DNA of 64,000 bases from Octopus vulgaris (taxonomy: Eukaryota). Each line of letters begins with the position of its first letter. Within the stretch, counting starts at the first letter, position 1. A model generated the notes under the pieces. It ran no database searches. It was not told where the DNA came from and worked only from the letters and a program-made list of their open reading frames with translations. The position numbers were made by a program, and so were the translations under genes. Shown here piece by piece: positions 1 through 12,974 of this stretch. Location of the stretch: contig OX597825.1 of NCBI GenBank assembly GCA_951406725.2, positions 19,654,001 to 19,718,000 on the forward strand, written 5' to 3'.

Positions 1-399
1 TGGTTCCTCTTTATCAAAGAGAAAGCATTAAAACATTAAATTTATATGTTGATTACAACAACATGTAATGAAATTGTAAGAGCGGAAGGAACATTTTCAA
101 AAAATATTTTTTCGTTTAAATTAAAAGAGGAGTGATATACCATGAACTGAACAATGGTAATGTTCTTCGATGATGGAATATTTAGATAGACCCTTCTGTT
201 TAACATAACATTGATCTGCATAATGCGGTTAGCATATTTTTTTTAAAAATTTTGATTCTACTTTGTCATGCTTGCATTAAAAACGAAAGTAGAGGATAAA
301 GATAATGTGATGAAAGCCACAACAGTTTTTACATACATCAAGTACACATGAATGTATTTCCATATGCACATCATATCCGTAAACGCAAACAAAACACAC

Positions 400-455
400 A
401 CGTATATATAAGGAATATATACATATGATATATATACATATGATATATATACATA

Positions 456-517
<62 letters not shown>

Positions 518-535
518 CTTTGTGTGTGTGTATGT
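400..535. repeat. Compound (TA)n/(TG)n microsatellite with a short TATACATATGA higher-order repeat
   Basis: Direct inspection; explains the YIYI ORFs at 258-664. Confidence 0.95.
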
Positions 536-1494
536 ACGTATTTGCGTATATATACATGCAAACATGCACGCATAGAGACATTGTCCAGAAATATATTCTT
601 ATATATATATGTTGCTTTATGTTGTCGTGAAGTTACATACGTTCACACACATTCCTATATATGACAATATCTATATTTATATCGATTTTTGATACATTCA
701 CACATGCTTCCATACATTTATACGTACGTACATACCTACCTACATTAATCCCTACACCAATATCTGATGAATGACGTCAACTCGTGGCTGTAAGACCACT
801 TCTTAAAATCAGTAAGTCCGTACAAACTTTCGAACAGTCCAAGATGTTCATGTGCATGAAGTTGTGTTGAGTGGCCTCAGTGTAGCACACCACTGAACCA
901 GCTGTTTGACGCAACGAAATATAACACCAGTGCCACAACCGTTGTTAAGAGTACTAGCAACCAATTGCCCTTCAGTTTATATGTATGTACGGGGTTATCA
1001 TGAAGGATGTTCTAGCGTGAAATATGTGTCCTTTACTTCCAGTGAATAACTCATCTCTAATTAATGCATAGCTGGGGATATAACAGGTGCCATTACTCCG
1101 TGTCAGGGACGACCTAGGAAATTTTGCACTCTCTTAAGCCACTGGCCAAGAGGTATTTCCACATTCCTTTAAAACCCAGCAACTCACGTACCAGGGTTCA
1201 TCTAACGGATGCAGTTTAAAACTATAACCTGAACATATGAATGCACATCGACATACCTAAATACAGACGAATCAACGTAACTCATGTGACAAGCTAGACC
1301 ATTGAATTCTAGGTGCAATCTGTCCATGGCTTCCAAGCCACTTTGCAGCCATCTTGTATCCCCCCTCAACTCTTTCCTCCCATTTTCTCACGTTTGCAAT
1401 ATTGTGGGATCGAATATGACACCTCATGTTTGAAAAGCGAAACTTCTTAACAACTCAGCAACGCATACATCCTCATACACACATGTGCATGACG

Positions 1495-1747
1495 CATGCA
1501 TATACACACACCTACCTATCGACATACATACATACATACATACATACATACATACATACATACATGCATATAGGCATGCGTGCATACATATATACATACA
1601 TACATGCATACATACTTATATACATACATGCATACATACATACATGCATACATACATATATATACATACATGCATACATACATGCATACATACATATATA
1701 TACAAACGTGCATACATACATACATACATATACATATATGCATAAAA

Positions 1748-1795
<48 letters not shown>
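1495..1795. repeat. (TACA)n/(TA)n compound microsatellite
   Basis: Direct inspection. Confidence 0.95.
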
Positions 1796-1797
<2 letters not shown>

Positions 1798-2315
1798 GCA
1801 TCATCGTTGCTGTTAATGTGAGATGCTCTTAATGTTGGTATTTATGTATGAAACACTTAATGGGAAATCTATTTGATAAGATGATGTTATTAACTTAATT
1901 TCGTTTTATTTATGCATTTTCCTCATATCGCTATATATAATTTTAGATCAATCTCTGCATGATGCTGGATTACTCCAATTTTCTCTCTGGTGTTTCCTTT
2001 TACCGGATTTCATTCTGACATTATCCTATGCACTTGCGTTTCAAAGATATTACCCATATCATCTGATACTGTGGTGGATGTATTAACGAAAAAGTAATAT
2101 TATTGCTCGGAAAGACATCTAAATGCCGGTTTCAATACTTCGTTGCTTATACAGCTAATGCACATTTAAAATTTTCCCGTACATTTTCTAACATATGTTA
2201 AATTTAAACAAAATTGAAATCAGATACGATATGCTTCCCTTAAGACAAATAATCGATCCAATTTCGAACTTTGAAAAAAAACAAAAATTTTCTGAGGCCA
2301 CTCTTACATATACAC

Positions 2316-2553
2316 ACTCTTTTACTCTTTTACTTGTTTCAGTCATTTGACTGCGGCCATGCTGGAGCACCGCATTTAGTCGAGCAAATCGACCCCAGGA
2401 ATTATTCTGTATAAGCCTAGTACTTATTCTATCGGTCTATTTTGCCGAACTGTTAAGTTACGGGGACATACACACACCAGCATCGGTTGTCTAGCGGTGT
2501 TGGAGGGACAAACACAGACACAAAAACATATACACACACATACATACATACAT

Positions 2554-2597
<44 letters not shown>

Positions 2598-2757
2598 TAG
2601 GGGTTCTTTGAGTTTCCGTCTACCAAATCCACTCACAAGGCTTTGTCGGCCCGAGGCTACTGTAGAAGACACTTTCTCAAGGTGCCACGCAGTGGGACTG
2701 AACCCAGAACCATGTGTGTCGTCAGCAAGCTACTTACCACACTGCCGCTCCTGCGCC
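2316..2757 (-). mobile_element. tRNA-derived SINE, family A (CORE-like), with internal microsatellite
   Basis: Minus strand starts GGCGCAGGAGCGGCAGTGTGGTAAGT (A box) ... GGGTTCAGTCCC (B-box-like), then CORE-like ACCTTGAGAAAGTG, an internal (TA/TG)n and a (GTAAAAGA)n tail. Closely matches the copies at 3256, 20177 and 42050. Confidence 0.9.
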
Positions 2758-2898
2758 TACGCGTATACCTCGCCAACGCGATTCCTCTACCAATCGGTAA
2801 AATTAGTCATAGCTAGGTTCTCAAAGAAGGGGTTAAAAAAGAACGTACAGACAGATGTTATTCTAGATGAAAAGAACAAAGAGCCGCTTCGGTTTAGA

Positions 2899-3193
2899 AC
2901 GACCATGAGGTTGCAGCTAAAAAGTTCCCCTTCGAGGTGGAAGACCGGGAGGCAATGTTGTATATGGAAGACCAGCAATCACCTATGCACACCGGTCTTC
3001 CCACTCCACGCCAATGATGTTGTCCAAGGGAAAGGCAAAGACCAATAAAACTCATTTCTACACCCGAGTGGACTGAAGCAACGTGAAATAAAGTGTCTTG
3101 CTCAAAGACACAAGACACAGCCCGGTCCGGGAATCGAACTCACTACCTCATTACTGTGAGCATGATGCTCTAACCATTGAACCATGTGCCTTC
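2899..3193 (-). mobile_element. tRNA-derived SINE, family D
   Basis: Minus strand GAAGGCACATGGTTCAATGGTTAGAGC (A box) ... GAGTTCGATTCCC (B box), then CORE-like TGTGTCTTTGAGCAAGACACTTTATTTCAC. The 3' boundary is approximate. Confidence 0.8.
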
Positions 3194-3255
3194 TAGATAC
3201 ATTATACATTGAAAAAAGACGCGATGGTGACTGTATGACGAATTTGATGGAATAT

Positions 3256-3648
3256 TTACTCTTTTATTCTTTTACTCTTTTACTTGTTTCAGTCATTTGA
3301 CTGCGGTCATGCTGGAGCACCGCGATTTGTCGAGCAGATCGACCCCAGTACTTATTCTATCGGTATTTTTTGTCGAACCGCTAAGTTACGAGGATTTAAA
3401 CACGCCACCATCGGTTGTCAAGCGATGTTGGGGGGGACAAACACAGACACACAAACATATACACACATGTACGTAAATATATATATATACGACGGGCTTC
3501 TTTTAGTTTCCGTCTACCAAATCCACTCACAAGGCTTTGGTCGGTCCGAGGCTATAGTAGAAGACACTTGCCCAAGATACCACACAATGGGAATGAACCC
3601 GGAACCATGTGGTTCGTAAGCAAGCTACTTACCACACAGCCACTCCCG
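3256..3648 (-). mobile_element. tRNA-derived SINE, family A
   Basis: Homologous to 2316-2757 and 20177-20585. Confidence 0.9.
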
Positions 3649-3972
3649 AAGAGCAAAAACAAGTACATTTTATATCAATACGACTTATCAGAAAATTTGT
3701 ATTTCACTAACACATAAAATACTTTTATGTGTAATACATAATTCACCAAATCAATGAAAAGCAATATGATTAACATTTAGAATTGTTTTCCGATTAACTT
3801 CAACAGAACACATTATTTTACAAGAATACAGGTCAAAGTCTCGGTTCGCCCCCGCGCTATTTGATATGCGTGTCCACGCATCTTACACCCTCACCTGAGG
3901 AAATCTGCCACGACTGTTAAATCCAATCGGTACTGCCATTTGTTCAATAGTTAATAAGTCAATGTGCGTGTT

Positions 3973-4008
<36 letters not shown>

Positions 4009-4102
4009 CACATGTAGAAGGTTGAAAAGGAACACACGAGTTGATATGTATAAGGAAAATAAGACAAGGTAGATAATGCTAAAATATTTTTATCACGAAG
4101 AA

Positions 4103-4462
4103 CATTTTAATACCAGTTTTAGTCGCTGTGACCTTTTTCAAGTAAAGCATGAAAAGCAATTAAATTGTGGAAAAATTAAATGAAATGTATTTTTTAAAAA
4201 TAAATATATTTCCATAGTTTTCAAATGCAAGGGACATTTTTCTTTTTTCTGTTTGTCTCTGCCTCTGTTTTTTTACTCTTGTGGGTTCCTAGTAGTTAGC
4301 AGCAGCTAGTTTGATATGAATTCTTGTCTTTAATTGTTTAGGCAGAAGTAGTAGTAGAGAAAGGAGATGGCAGAGGAAGAGGAGAAGAAGAAGAAGAAGA
4401 AGAAGAAGGAGAAGAAGAAGAAGAAGAAGAAGAAGAAGAAGAAGAAGAAGAAGAAGAAGAAG

Positions 4463-4494
<32 letters not shown>

Positions 4495-5343
4495 GTAGTA
4501 GTAGTAGAAGAAGAAAAAGGATACGGGAGTGGTATGTCAGTAACAGGATGTTGATGAAATCCACTTAAATGGTGACCTGAAACTGAATGGTAGTGATTGA
4601 AATTGTTTTGAATAAATTCCTGAGGTGACTGTTTTGAATATATCGCTTTTGGTATTTGCGTGGGTGTTATTCTAAGGCCTTGGTGATGGTGTCATTTGTT
4701 GTGGATGCATTCAAAAGAGGCTGGTCTTTTGTGATAAAGAATGACTCTTTATTAATACGCTGACTACAGGTTGTATCATCCCTGAATTGATAGAGAGGAA
4801 AGATTCTGAAGCCTGGTTGTTATTGGCGCAAATGTCGATGTGTTCGGTGAATGCTATTTTTCTGTTGAATGTTATTTTCTTCTTCTTTTTCTTCTTCTTC
4901 TTCTTCTTCTTCTTCTTCTTCTTCTCCTTCCTCTTCTCCTTCCGCTCATCCTTCCACTTCTCCTTCTTCTTCGTGTTCTTCTTTTTCTTCTCCTCCTCCT
5001 CCTTCTTCGTTTTCTTCTTCTTCGTCTTCCTCTCTTTATCATCTCTCCCTCCTTCTTCCCCTTCTTCATTTTCTTCTCTGACACCTCCTTTCTCTACTAC
5101 TACTTCTGCTCAAACAATCAAAGACAAAAATTCATAAACTAGCTGCTGCTGACTACCAGTATCCCACAGGTGTAAAAAAAAAGAGACAGAGGCAGGCAGA
5201 AAAACGGAAAATGTCCCTTAAATTTGAAAACTATGGAAATATACATATTTAAAAAAAACATTTCATTCAATTTTTCCACAATTTAATTGTTCTTCATCCT
5301 TCAAGTTGAACAAGTCGCAACGACTGAGAGCGGTACTAAAATG
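4103..5343 (-). mobile_element. Penelope-like element remnant: GIY-YIG C-terminus plus inverted pseudo-LTR
   Basis: 4103-4510 and 4870-5343 are ~400-470-bp inverted repeats, each containing a (GAA)n run. The spacer 4700-4862 (minus) translates, across one frameshift, as KIAFTEHIDICANNN / FRIFPLYQFRDDTTCSQRINKESFFITKDQPLLN, resembling the R..KE..FI....P.LN end of PLE GIY-YIG nucleases. Both arms end in a degenerate hammerhead-like motif. Confidence 0.75.
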
Positions 5344-5364
5344 TATATATATATATATATATAC

Positions 5365-5560
5365 AGTTAATCCAAACATGAAAGTACAAAAACAAAAAAC
5401 ACAACCTGAGGACGTGGATCAAATATAGTATTATTGGACGCTCAGGAAAGAAGGAGGGTTTAACGTTTCGAGCGGAGCTCTTCGTCGGAAACATAGGAGA
5501 AGGAAAGATCCAGTGAAGGGAAGACAGAGGAAAAAAATCGCCAACGGTGCACACGCGGTC
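5365..5560 (-). mobile_element. Short PLE-type pseudo-LTR fragment carrying a minimal hammerhead
   Basis: Pyrimidine-rich 3'-UTR-like sequence around the hammerhead motif at 5457-5493, ending in a GT-rich tail and (TA)n. Confidence 0.6.
5457..5493 (-). ncRNA. Minimal type-I hammerhead ribozyme motif (U4C core variant)
   Basis: GUUU-CCGACGA-A-GAGC-UCC-GCUC-GAA-ACGU-U-AAAC: stem I GUUU/AAAC, stem II GAGC/GCUC, palindromic ACGU stem III as in dimer-cleaving PLE hammerheads, GUU cleavage triplet. Confidence 0.65.
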
Positions 5561-7693
5561 GTGATCGTTAACTGATACTTTGTCGCTTGTCCAACGTAGT
5601 TAATTTCCTCAGAAACATAAGATACATATGGTAGGTCTTCCTAATCTTTAGCAAAACTGAGACAGCAATCAGTTTTCTGTCAATCGATACAAGATGTGTG
5701 ATGCAGATACGATTTCACGTTTTTCTTGTCGACTTTGAAGTGAATTAATCTCATCAGGCTTGAGTATATTTCATATGATATTCTCACTCTGCTCCTCCAC
5801 TGACAACATGATTACTTGAAGGTTATATTTGTTAAACCAAACGTCTATGGTAGCTATATGACTTGTAAAATTATTAGTGGGTAACGAGAAATTAAGTACC
5901 CTACTGAAGGATAGTAAGCGCAGTCTGGCTAAGGAATTCAACTGACGATTTATGGTAATTTGTCGACTTTCCCTAACCACTACTCGCGTCTTCACCTACT
6001 ACAGAAAAAAGAGGTATAAAATCTTATTTAATATTTATATAAACCAGATTATAACCATGGAAAAATCACAGCTTTTAGTAACAATACTTATCACATTATA
6101 TCACTTGCTGATCGAAGTTTCAATTAAGTACTGAGTATAGCAGATTTTTCAACATGAGGGTTCTGAAAAACAGGTATATGATCTGCGAGTGATAGCAGCA
6201 ATTTCCCTTAAAATTATACTTGAACTTTTGGAAATTACATCAAGTTCAACGTTATTTTGTAGCACAAAAAGGGACCAACTCAGTCATATTTCTCTTAAAC
6301 CAGGAGCTAACATTTTAAGCAAAAATAAAAATAGAAAGTACGCTTTGGACAACGTAGTCAGAGTTACAATATGCAGGGAAATAATACATAATGCTATGCT
6401 GGGTACTCTTGTCCTGAAGCAAAAACGGACTGGTGAGCCTGGTACGGCATCGATAAAAATTCTGTTCGATCGGATGTTCTTAACGACTGAATAAAAATAC
6501 AAATGAACCTTAGTGGAATTTTTAGGGCCATATTGAGATTGATCCCATTCGTGGAAGCAAGCAAGTGAAAGATATTGAGCAGAATTTTACGCACTTCGTG
6601 TATTCTTAAGATGTGGCTATGTACTCCAAGAAATTACTGTAAATATTAATGAAAGGGAAAATATACGATCGTATATATTAACAAAAATCATTAAACAGAC
6701 AAGGATTCACTGGATTTAACAATTTTGAAATATGTTATTCTGATAAATATTCCCTTAATGTTTGTCCGTATTCATGTTTCATATTTAAATTGTCAAAACA
6801 TTGTGACTGTTCTTCGTAAATTTCTTCTATCCAAGCGAAAAACATAAATTTCTGTAATGATTAGTTTCGAGATATTTGCAGGAATCTAAAAAGTAAAATT
6901 TTACTTTTCAAAAGAAAAAAATTAACATAATTGATTCCTCTTTGGGATTTTCTATGAAAAATTAAGTTTCCTGTTGACGATCCAGCGTAAAGAAAAGCCT
7001 TCTGTTCGTTTTTGTCCTAATACTATTCAATCTTGAATCATTGAATCATTTTTATCTGAAAATAGTGTTTGCCATTATTATAAAACTGACAGGGATCCAT
7101 AAAAGATAAGAATATTTGATAAATGGAAATGTTGAATAGATCTCATCCATTCAATTTAAATTACCATATGCATTTCAAAAAATATGAATTATACTTACTT
7201 GATGGATGTAACATACACCCGGCGAATCAATAAGAAAAAATATAGAAGAATTTTCAAATGCAATAATCAGTTAAAATACAATGGAAATATATTATGTGTT
7301 CAGAGAATTTGCAGAAATGAAAGCAGTTTTGCATATCTCCGTACGGAGCTGTAATATTGCTGGTCTTGAATTTGTTTCAAGAGCCAATTGAATCTATCTA
7401 CTGCATTACATCTTTATACAGAAAACGAAACAAAAGAGAGAGAAAGAAATAAAAGTACGTGTCCGTCTTTCTGAGTAAAGAACGGAGACGTTAAGTAACA
7501 GTGTTTTTTAAAAAAATATGTAAAATAGTAAAATGTCGGTTGAAATACAATTTAGTACTTCCCTTCGTCTCCCTTCATTCTGATTCTCATTACCCCTGGA
7601 GTCAATAATAAGTCTCTTTTGTCAATGAGCTATATAATACTAACTCAAATGACTCAACTGGAAATTAATTGAATATATGGTAATTCAGGGGGG

Positions 7694-8662
7694 TGGGGGC
7701 GAGCTGGCAGAAACGTTAGCGCGCCGGGCGAAATGCTTACCGGTATTTCGTCTGCGTTACGTTGTGAGTTCAAATTCCGCCGAGGTCGACTTTGCCTTTC
7801 ATCCTTTCGGGGTCGATAAATTAAGTACCAGTTACGCACTGGGATCGATATAATCGACTTAATACCTATGTCTGTCCTTGTTTGTCCCCTCTGTGTTTAG
7901 CCCCTTGTGGGTAATAAAGAAATAGGTATTTCGTCTGCCGCTACGTTCTGAGTTCAAATTCCGCCGAGGTCGACTTTGCCTTTCATCCTTTCGGGGTCGA
8001 TTAAATAAGTAGCAGTTACGATCTGGGGTCGAGATAAATCGAATTAATCCGTTTGTCTGTCCTTGTTTGTCCCCTCTATGTTTAGCTCCTTGTGTGCACT
8101 AAAGAAATAGGTATTTTGTCTGCCTCTACGTTCCGAGTTCAAATTCCGCCGAGGTCGACTTTGCCTTTCATCCTTTCGGGGTCGATTAAATAAGTACCAG
8201 TTACACACTGGGGTCGATATAATCGACTTAATCCGTTTGTCTGTCCTTGTTTGTCATCCCTGTGTTTAGCCCATTGTGGGTAGTAAAGAAATAGGTATTT
8301 CGTCTGCCGCTACGTTCTGAGTTCAAATTCCGCCGAGGTCGTCTTTGCCTTTCATTCTTCCGGTGTCGATTAAATAAGTACCAGTTACACACTGGGGTCG
8401 ATATAATCGACTTAATCCGTTTGTCTTTCCTTGTTTGTCATCCCTGTGTTTAGCCCCTTGTGGGTAGTAAAGAAATAGGTATTTCGTCTGCCGCTACATT
8501 CTGAGTTCCAATTCCGCCGAGGTCGACTTTGCCTTTCATACTTTCGGGGTCAATTAAATAAGTACCAGTTACGATCTGGGGTCGACATAAATCGACTTAA
8601 CCCGTTTGTCTGACCTTGTTTGTCATCTGTGTCTTTAGCCCCTGGTGGGTAGTAAAGAAATA
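7694..8662 (+). mobile_element. SINE family B: one head plus five tandem ~184-bp body units
   Basis: Head GGCGAGCTGGCAGAAACGTTAGC occurs once. Units start at GGTATTT (7742, 7925, 8110, 8294, 8478), each with B box GAGTTC(A/C)AATTCC and core GACTTTGCCTTTCATCCTTTCGGGGTCGAT (minor variants). Flanked by GGTA(A/T)TTCAGGGGGG at 7679-7693 and 8663-8677. Confidence 0.92.
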
Positions 8663-9289
8663 GGTATTTCAGGGGGGAATTTTCTGCAGTCATTGTATTT
8701 CAGATAAGTATAAATAAGATGATTCACATTGCGAAAGATTATGAAATAATTAATGAGTTTGCAGTATCGTTTTGATTCTCATAAAGCCATTTTATTAATC
8801 AGTTCTAGAAAAGTTTGAAATTTACAGAAATCTAGCCTTTCTAACTGTATGCCAAAGAAACCCATTAATGTTTAATTGAAATCTAAGTCTTTAATTAAGT
8901 ATTCTTTTAAGTATTGCGGTCGCGATGAACAATAATTACATGGATGTAAACGGTAGAGTAATATGCCAAGTTGTCAGAAATTTACACTTACGAGTCTCAC
9001 TTCAATGTCTGTCTGTTTTCATTCCACTCACTGCGCTAAAAACCTGCAGATATAAAGAGTGCTTTCCAAGTTTTGTTTTTCGTTCATAATGTTCACAAAT
9101 CTATAGTTACATTTTGATACCGGTTGATAAGCAGATAATGCAGATAACTAAAATACTGGTTGTGCGTCCTACGAGCGAGACGCAATGTACTGTATTTAAG
9201 TCGTTCTCTTAAAAAGCTCTTGTTTTAGCGCTCGATCCCTCTACGCGACCCCTATGAAATTTTGCTCACAGAAACCATATGAATTCGTT

Positions 9290-9572
9290 GCGCTTACATA
9301 TATGCAAATGAACACGTGCACAAGCACACACACATGCACAAACACACGCACTCATATATACACACACACATATAAATATAGATATACACATGTATATATG
9401 TATGTATATATACACAGACATACATCTATGTATATTTATATATACACATATATATGTATATATATGTGTGTGTGTGTGGTTTTTGCTGCTATATCCAGCG
9501 AGGAGGTATCTCTTAGATACCATAAATTATAATTTTGTGTGTATATACATATATACACATATATATGTATAC

Positions 9573-9607
<35 letters not shown>

Positions 9608-9816
9608 AACATACATACACACGCATAAATGAATGTATGTATGTATATATGACACATTCGCATGTATATGCATGAATATACATATAATTGGAAACACACA
9701 TACATATTTATAAATATATGTATGTTTATGTATATGAATCTCTCTATATATAATTACACACCTCTCACACACACACATATATATACATGTACACATATGC
9801 AGAGATAGATAGATAG

Positions 9817-9863
<47 letters not shown>

Positions 9864-9880
9864 CAGATAGATAGATAGCA
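9290..9880. repeat. Compound (CA)n/(TA)n/(GATA)n microsatellite block
   Basis: Direct inspection; (GATA)n at ~9800-9877. Confidence 0.9.
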
Positions 9881-11619
9881 GCTAAGCAAATAGACATGTG
9901 CCGTGCTGCATCAGTGTTTATTCTGTGTTTATCTGCCGTTTGATATCCAACTTGGCGTGGATAATATCTCATTAAAACACGAGTCATTAAACAATTATGC
10001 AATCTAAATCTAGTCTGATAGCTTAAGAAGCAACCCCGCCAAGAAGCATCTGCACAATACATTCAATCGAGGTATTTAATAATTTGCAAACATTCATTAA
10101 CGATTTGATATATTGAATCATACGAAAATAATTACAGATATATAATGATGTAGCAAGCAACGAATGATATATCACTATTTATTCTGTTAAGTCTTTTAAT
10201 GCTTTCATTCATAAGACTTAAGCCATACAGAGCAATTGCTTTCCTGTCTTTTAGATAATTATATCCATACGGATACTTCATGAATTTATTTTATAAATTT
10301 CTGTTTCGCAGTTCAAATTCGCTAGAAACATTGCTTATACTTTGAGCGGATTTTTAACATGGAAAGTCATAGGAAGTGACAAGCAAACTCACACAAACAC
10401 ACACATACAAATATACACACAAAAAGATCGGCCGGATTCTTTTATACAATAATGGAAATATCTCCTCGGGAAACTCGCTTTGTGGCCATCTGGTTTCCGA
10501 TTCATTCTTATTGTGCATCATCATTAACAAGTGTCTTCGACTATACCACCGTTCCGACCAATGCCATCGCGTAAGACTGATGGTTTAAAGCTCTCTTCAG
10601 CCGCATGCAATTGCTATACCAAAGACCTGTATCACATTATGAAAAGTCCGAAAAGGAACATTTGGTATTATCTATAATGGTAGGTATATTGAGTTTCACT
10701 GAGAAAGTATGTTTGTAAATCTTCATAATCAAATAGGTGTGCAGGATATTATTGGACTTCGAAAATCCGTCCATACTGTATCATCAGTCAATATAGAGAG
10801 AATGCTGAGTAGATTCCAGTGGTTCATTCCTCTTGTAAGGAAAGGAAATAAGGAGAATTTAAGGTTGAGAAAAAAGAGAAAGAAAAGGAAAAAGAAGAAT
10901 AGAGGGGAAGAGAAGGAAACGGTAATAATGTTGGGATCACAAGTAAAAGTAAAAATAAGAAGAGTAAGTAGTGGGGGCGTTTGGCTCGTCTAAGCCCTTG
11001 AAGCCCTGCTGAGCCGTAGTTCAATACCTGAAACAATTAAAAATATAAAAGAGGGCTACAGTCGATTCACCTGACTGTATTAGAAATTGTCTTGAAATAA
11101 AATGGAATTTGTTTTCCCTGCCCACCAACGTTCGCACACCGTTGTATGTAGGTGCCCAAGCATGCCTTTCAAACCATCCGTTGTTACACCTCTCTCGGTC
11201 TCTTTCAATCTTCTTCCTTTCTCACTCACCCCTCCATCTCAACTCCTTCTTCATTCCTCGACCATATTATACAAATACAAACGGAATGGACAGTTGCTAC
11301 TTTACTATTTACATGCCAGGCAATGACAATTGAAAGGAACATTGCTGTAATAGTATTAAGAATATTGTTATTGCATTCTGAGTATTTGGAGATTTATATT
11401 TTGTATTTTGTTTTTATCAAGATTTTACAAACTCTCAAATCTGATCTAATGTCCGCATGTCTCCAGTAAAATATAAAAAGAAGACAAAACAAGAAATCCT
11501 AATTCATTCAGCTGTGTCTTATGATTGTTAATTTAGCTTTCCACACTGAATGTTCTTTAACACAAAACCGATCGGTTACAAGTTTGTAATATTATCGTTT
11601 CCAGATTAGGAACAAGAAC

Positions 11620-11811
11620 AAGACCTGCAATTACGTGAGGTAGTGTAGTCGATTGCATAGGCCCTAGTTTCCGGTTGGTATTTATTTTATCGACCCCGAA
11701 AGGATGAAAAGCAAAGTCGACCTCGGCGGAATTTGATCTCAGAACGTACCGGCAGACGAAATACCGCTAAGCATTTCGCCCGGCGTGCTAACGTTTCTGC
11801 CACCTCGCCAC
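11620..11811 (-). mobile_element. SINE family B monomer
   Basis: Reverse complement of the family B head and core (GGCGAGGTGGCAGAAACGTTAGC ... CGAGGTCGACTTTGCTTTTCATCCTTTCGGGGTCGAT). Confidence 0.88.
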
Positions 11812-12974
11812 GTTAATATTGCATATATGATATACTCCCTCTATCACTGTCTTTTCTGCCTAATGAAGCTGTACTGCACAAACAAACACTCACACACGTA
11901 CACATACATTGTCTTGCACACACACACACATTGACAAATAGTCTGGATGGAGAACATTCTGGCAGTTACCTTTTTAGCATCTCCACGTATATCAGACTAT
12001 CAAGGTACTCCGAAAGATTACATAAGCATTCGCAATCAATCAACAGGTCAATATAACTGCTCTGGCAATGTTAAACAGTAATGGCATCCATTGCTAAATA
12101 AATCCATTTCTGTAGCAATGAACCAATTGTAATATATTATGCGGTGTATCACATACTAAAGAAACAAGAATAGGCAGATCAAAATATTGCTTCGTTCGTT
12201 TCAATAGTGTGATCATTTATTCACCAGTGGCATTGCATAATTTTAGCATTGTTGCACAACCGCTACGTTTCAGGCAGATCCAACCATTCATCGGCGAGAT
12301 ATGATCAAACTATGAAGAGAAATACATCTGTAGACAACAATGTATCGGAACCGAGAAGATAAGTGATAACAGCTCTTCAAAGGAAGAGGGAATTTAGAAT
12401 TAGATCCCACGAAATCAAACAATTTGCAAAGGTAAGTTGGTAAATACAGATATGACGAAGAGGTAGGATGTGATATGCATCTGTGTAGTATGGATTTTTA
12501 TTTTCTGTTTGAACTAAAACAATTTGTGATATAGTGAGTATAACTTTTCTATTTTATATTATGTTGATCTGTCTAATTCTGCCAATCGCTACAGCCTCTT
12601 GTCTAGGTCAAAAGTTATACTAACACTAGCAAAGGAAGTTTATTTGTGATTTCGTTAACCTTATGCTTGTTGCTGCAACTTTCTGTGTTGTTGCTGCCAT
12701 TATGTTTATTATCAATGTGATGGGAGTGGTTTTATTGTATCTACGATACTGTGTTGCTTCAGAGGTGGAAGCAGAAGCAATACATTCTACCCTACCGCTT
12801 CTGATCCTATGGATGGCATTGGTGTTAGTCCCGCTTTTATCTCGACCCACCCCCATATTTTTCAACGAATATTTCCACCTAATTACTAAAAATGTTTAGT
12901 GATGCTTTTTGATAACACATATTGGTACTGATATTGCATTGATCCATGTATAGACTTTACAGGTAATATAATGT

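Noticed and set aside
5840-6500. Possible cadherin-like pseudogene (IISG-NE, KQVYDLRVIA)
   Set aside because: Only two short motifs, with no DRE/DxD/DxNDN calcium motifs and many stops; compatible with chance.
7742-8662. CRISPR-like regular repeat array
   Set aside because: The units are contiguous ~184-bp SINE bodies with no unique spacers, in eukaryotic context with no cas genes.
10745-10797. Hammerhead-like CTGATGA...GAAGTC on the minus strand (also CTGATGA at 764 and 5751)
   Set aside because: No credible stem II or stem III.
12274-12431. Exon-like segment (TTTCAG| ... AAG|GTAAGT)
   Set aside because: Stops occur in all three frames and no partner exons were found. It could only be non-coding and needs RNA evidence.
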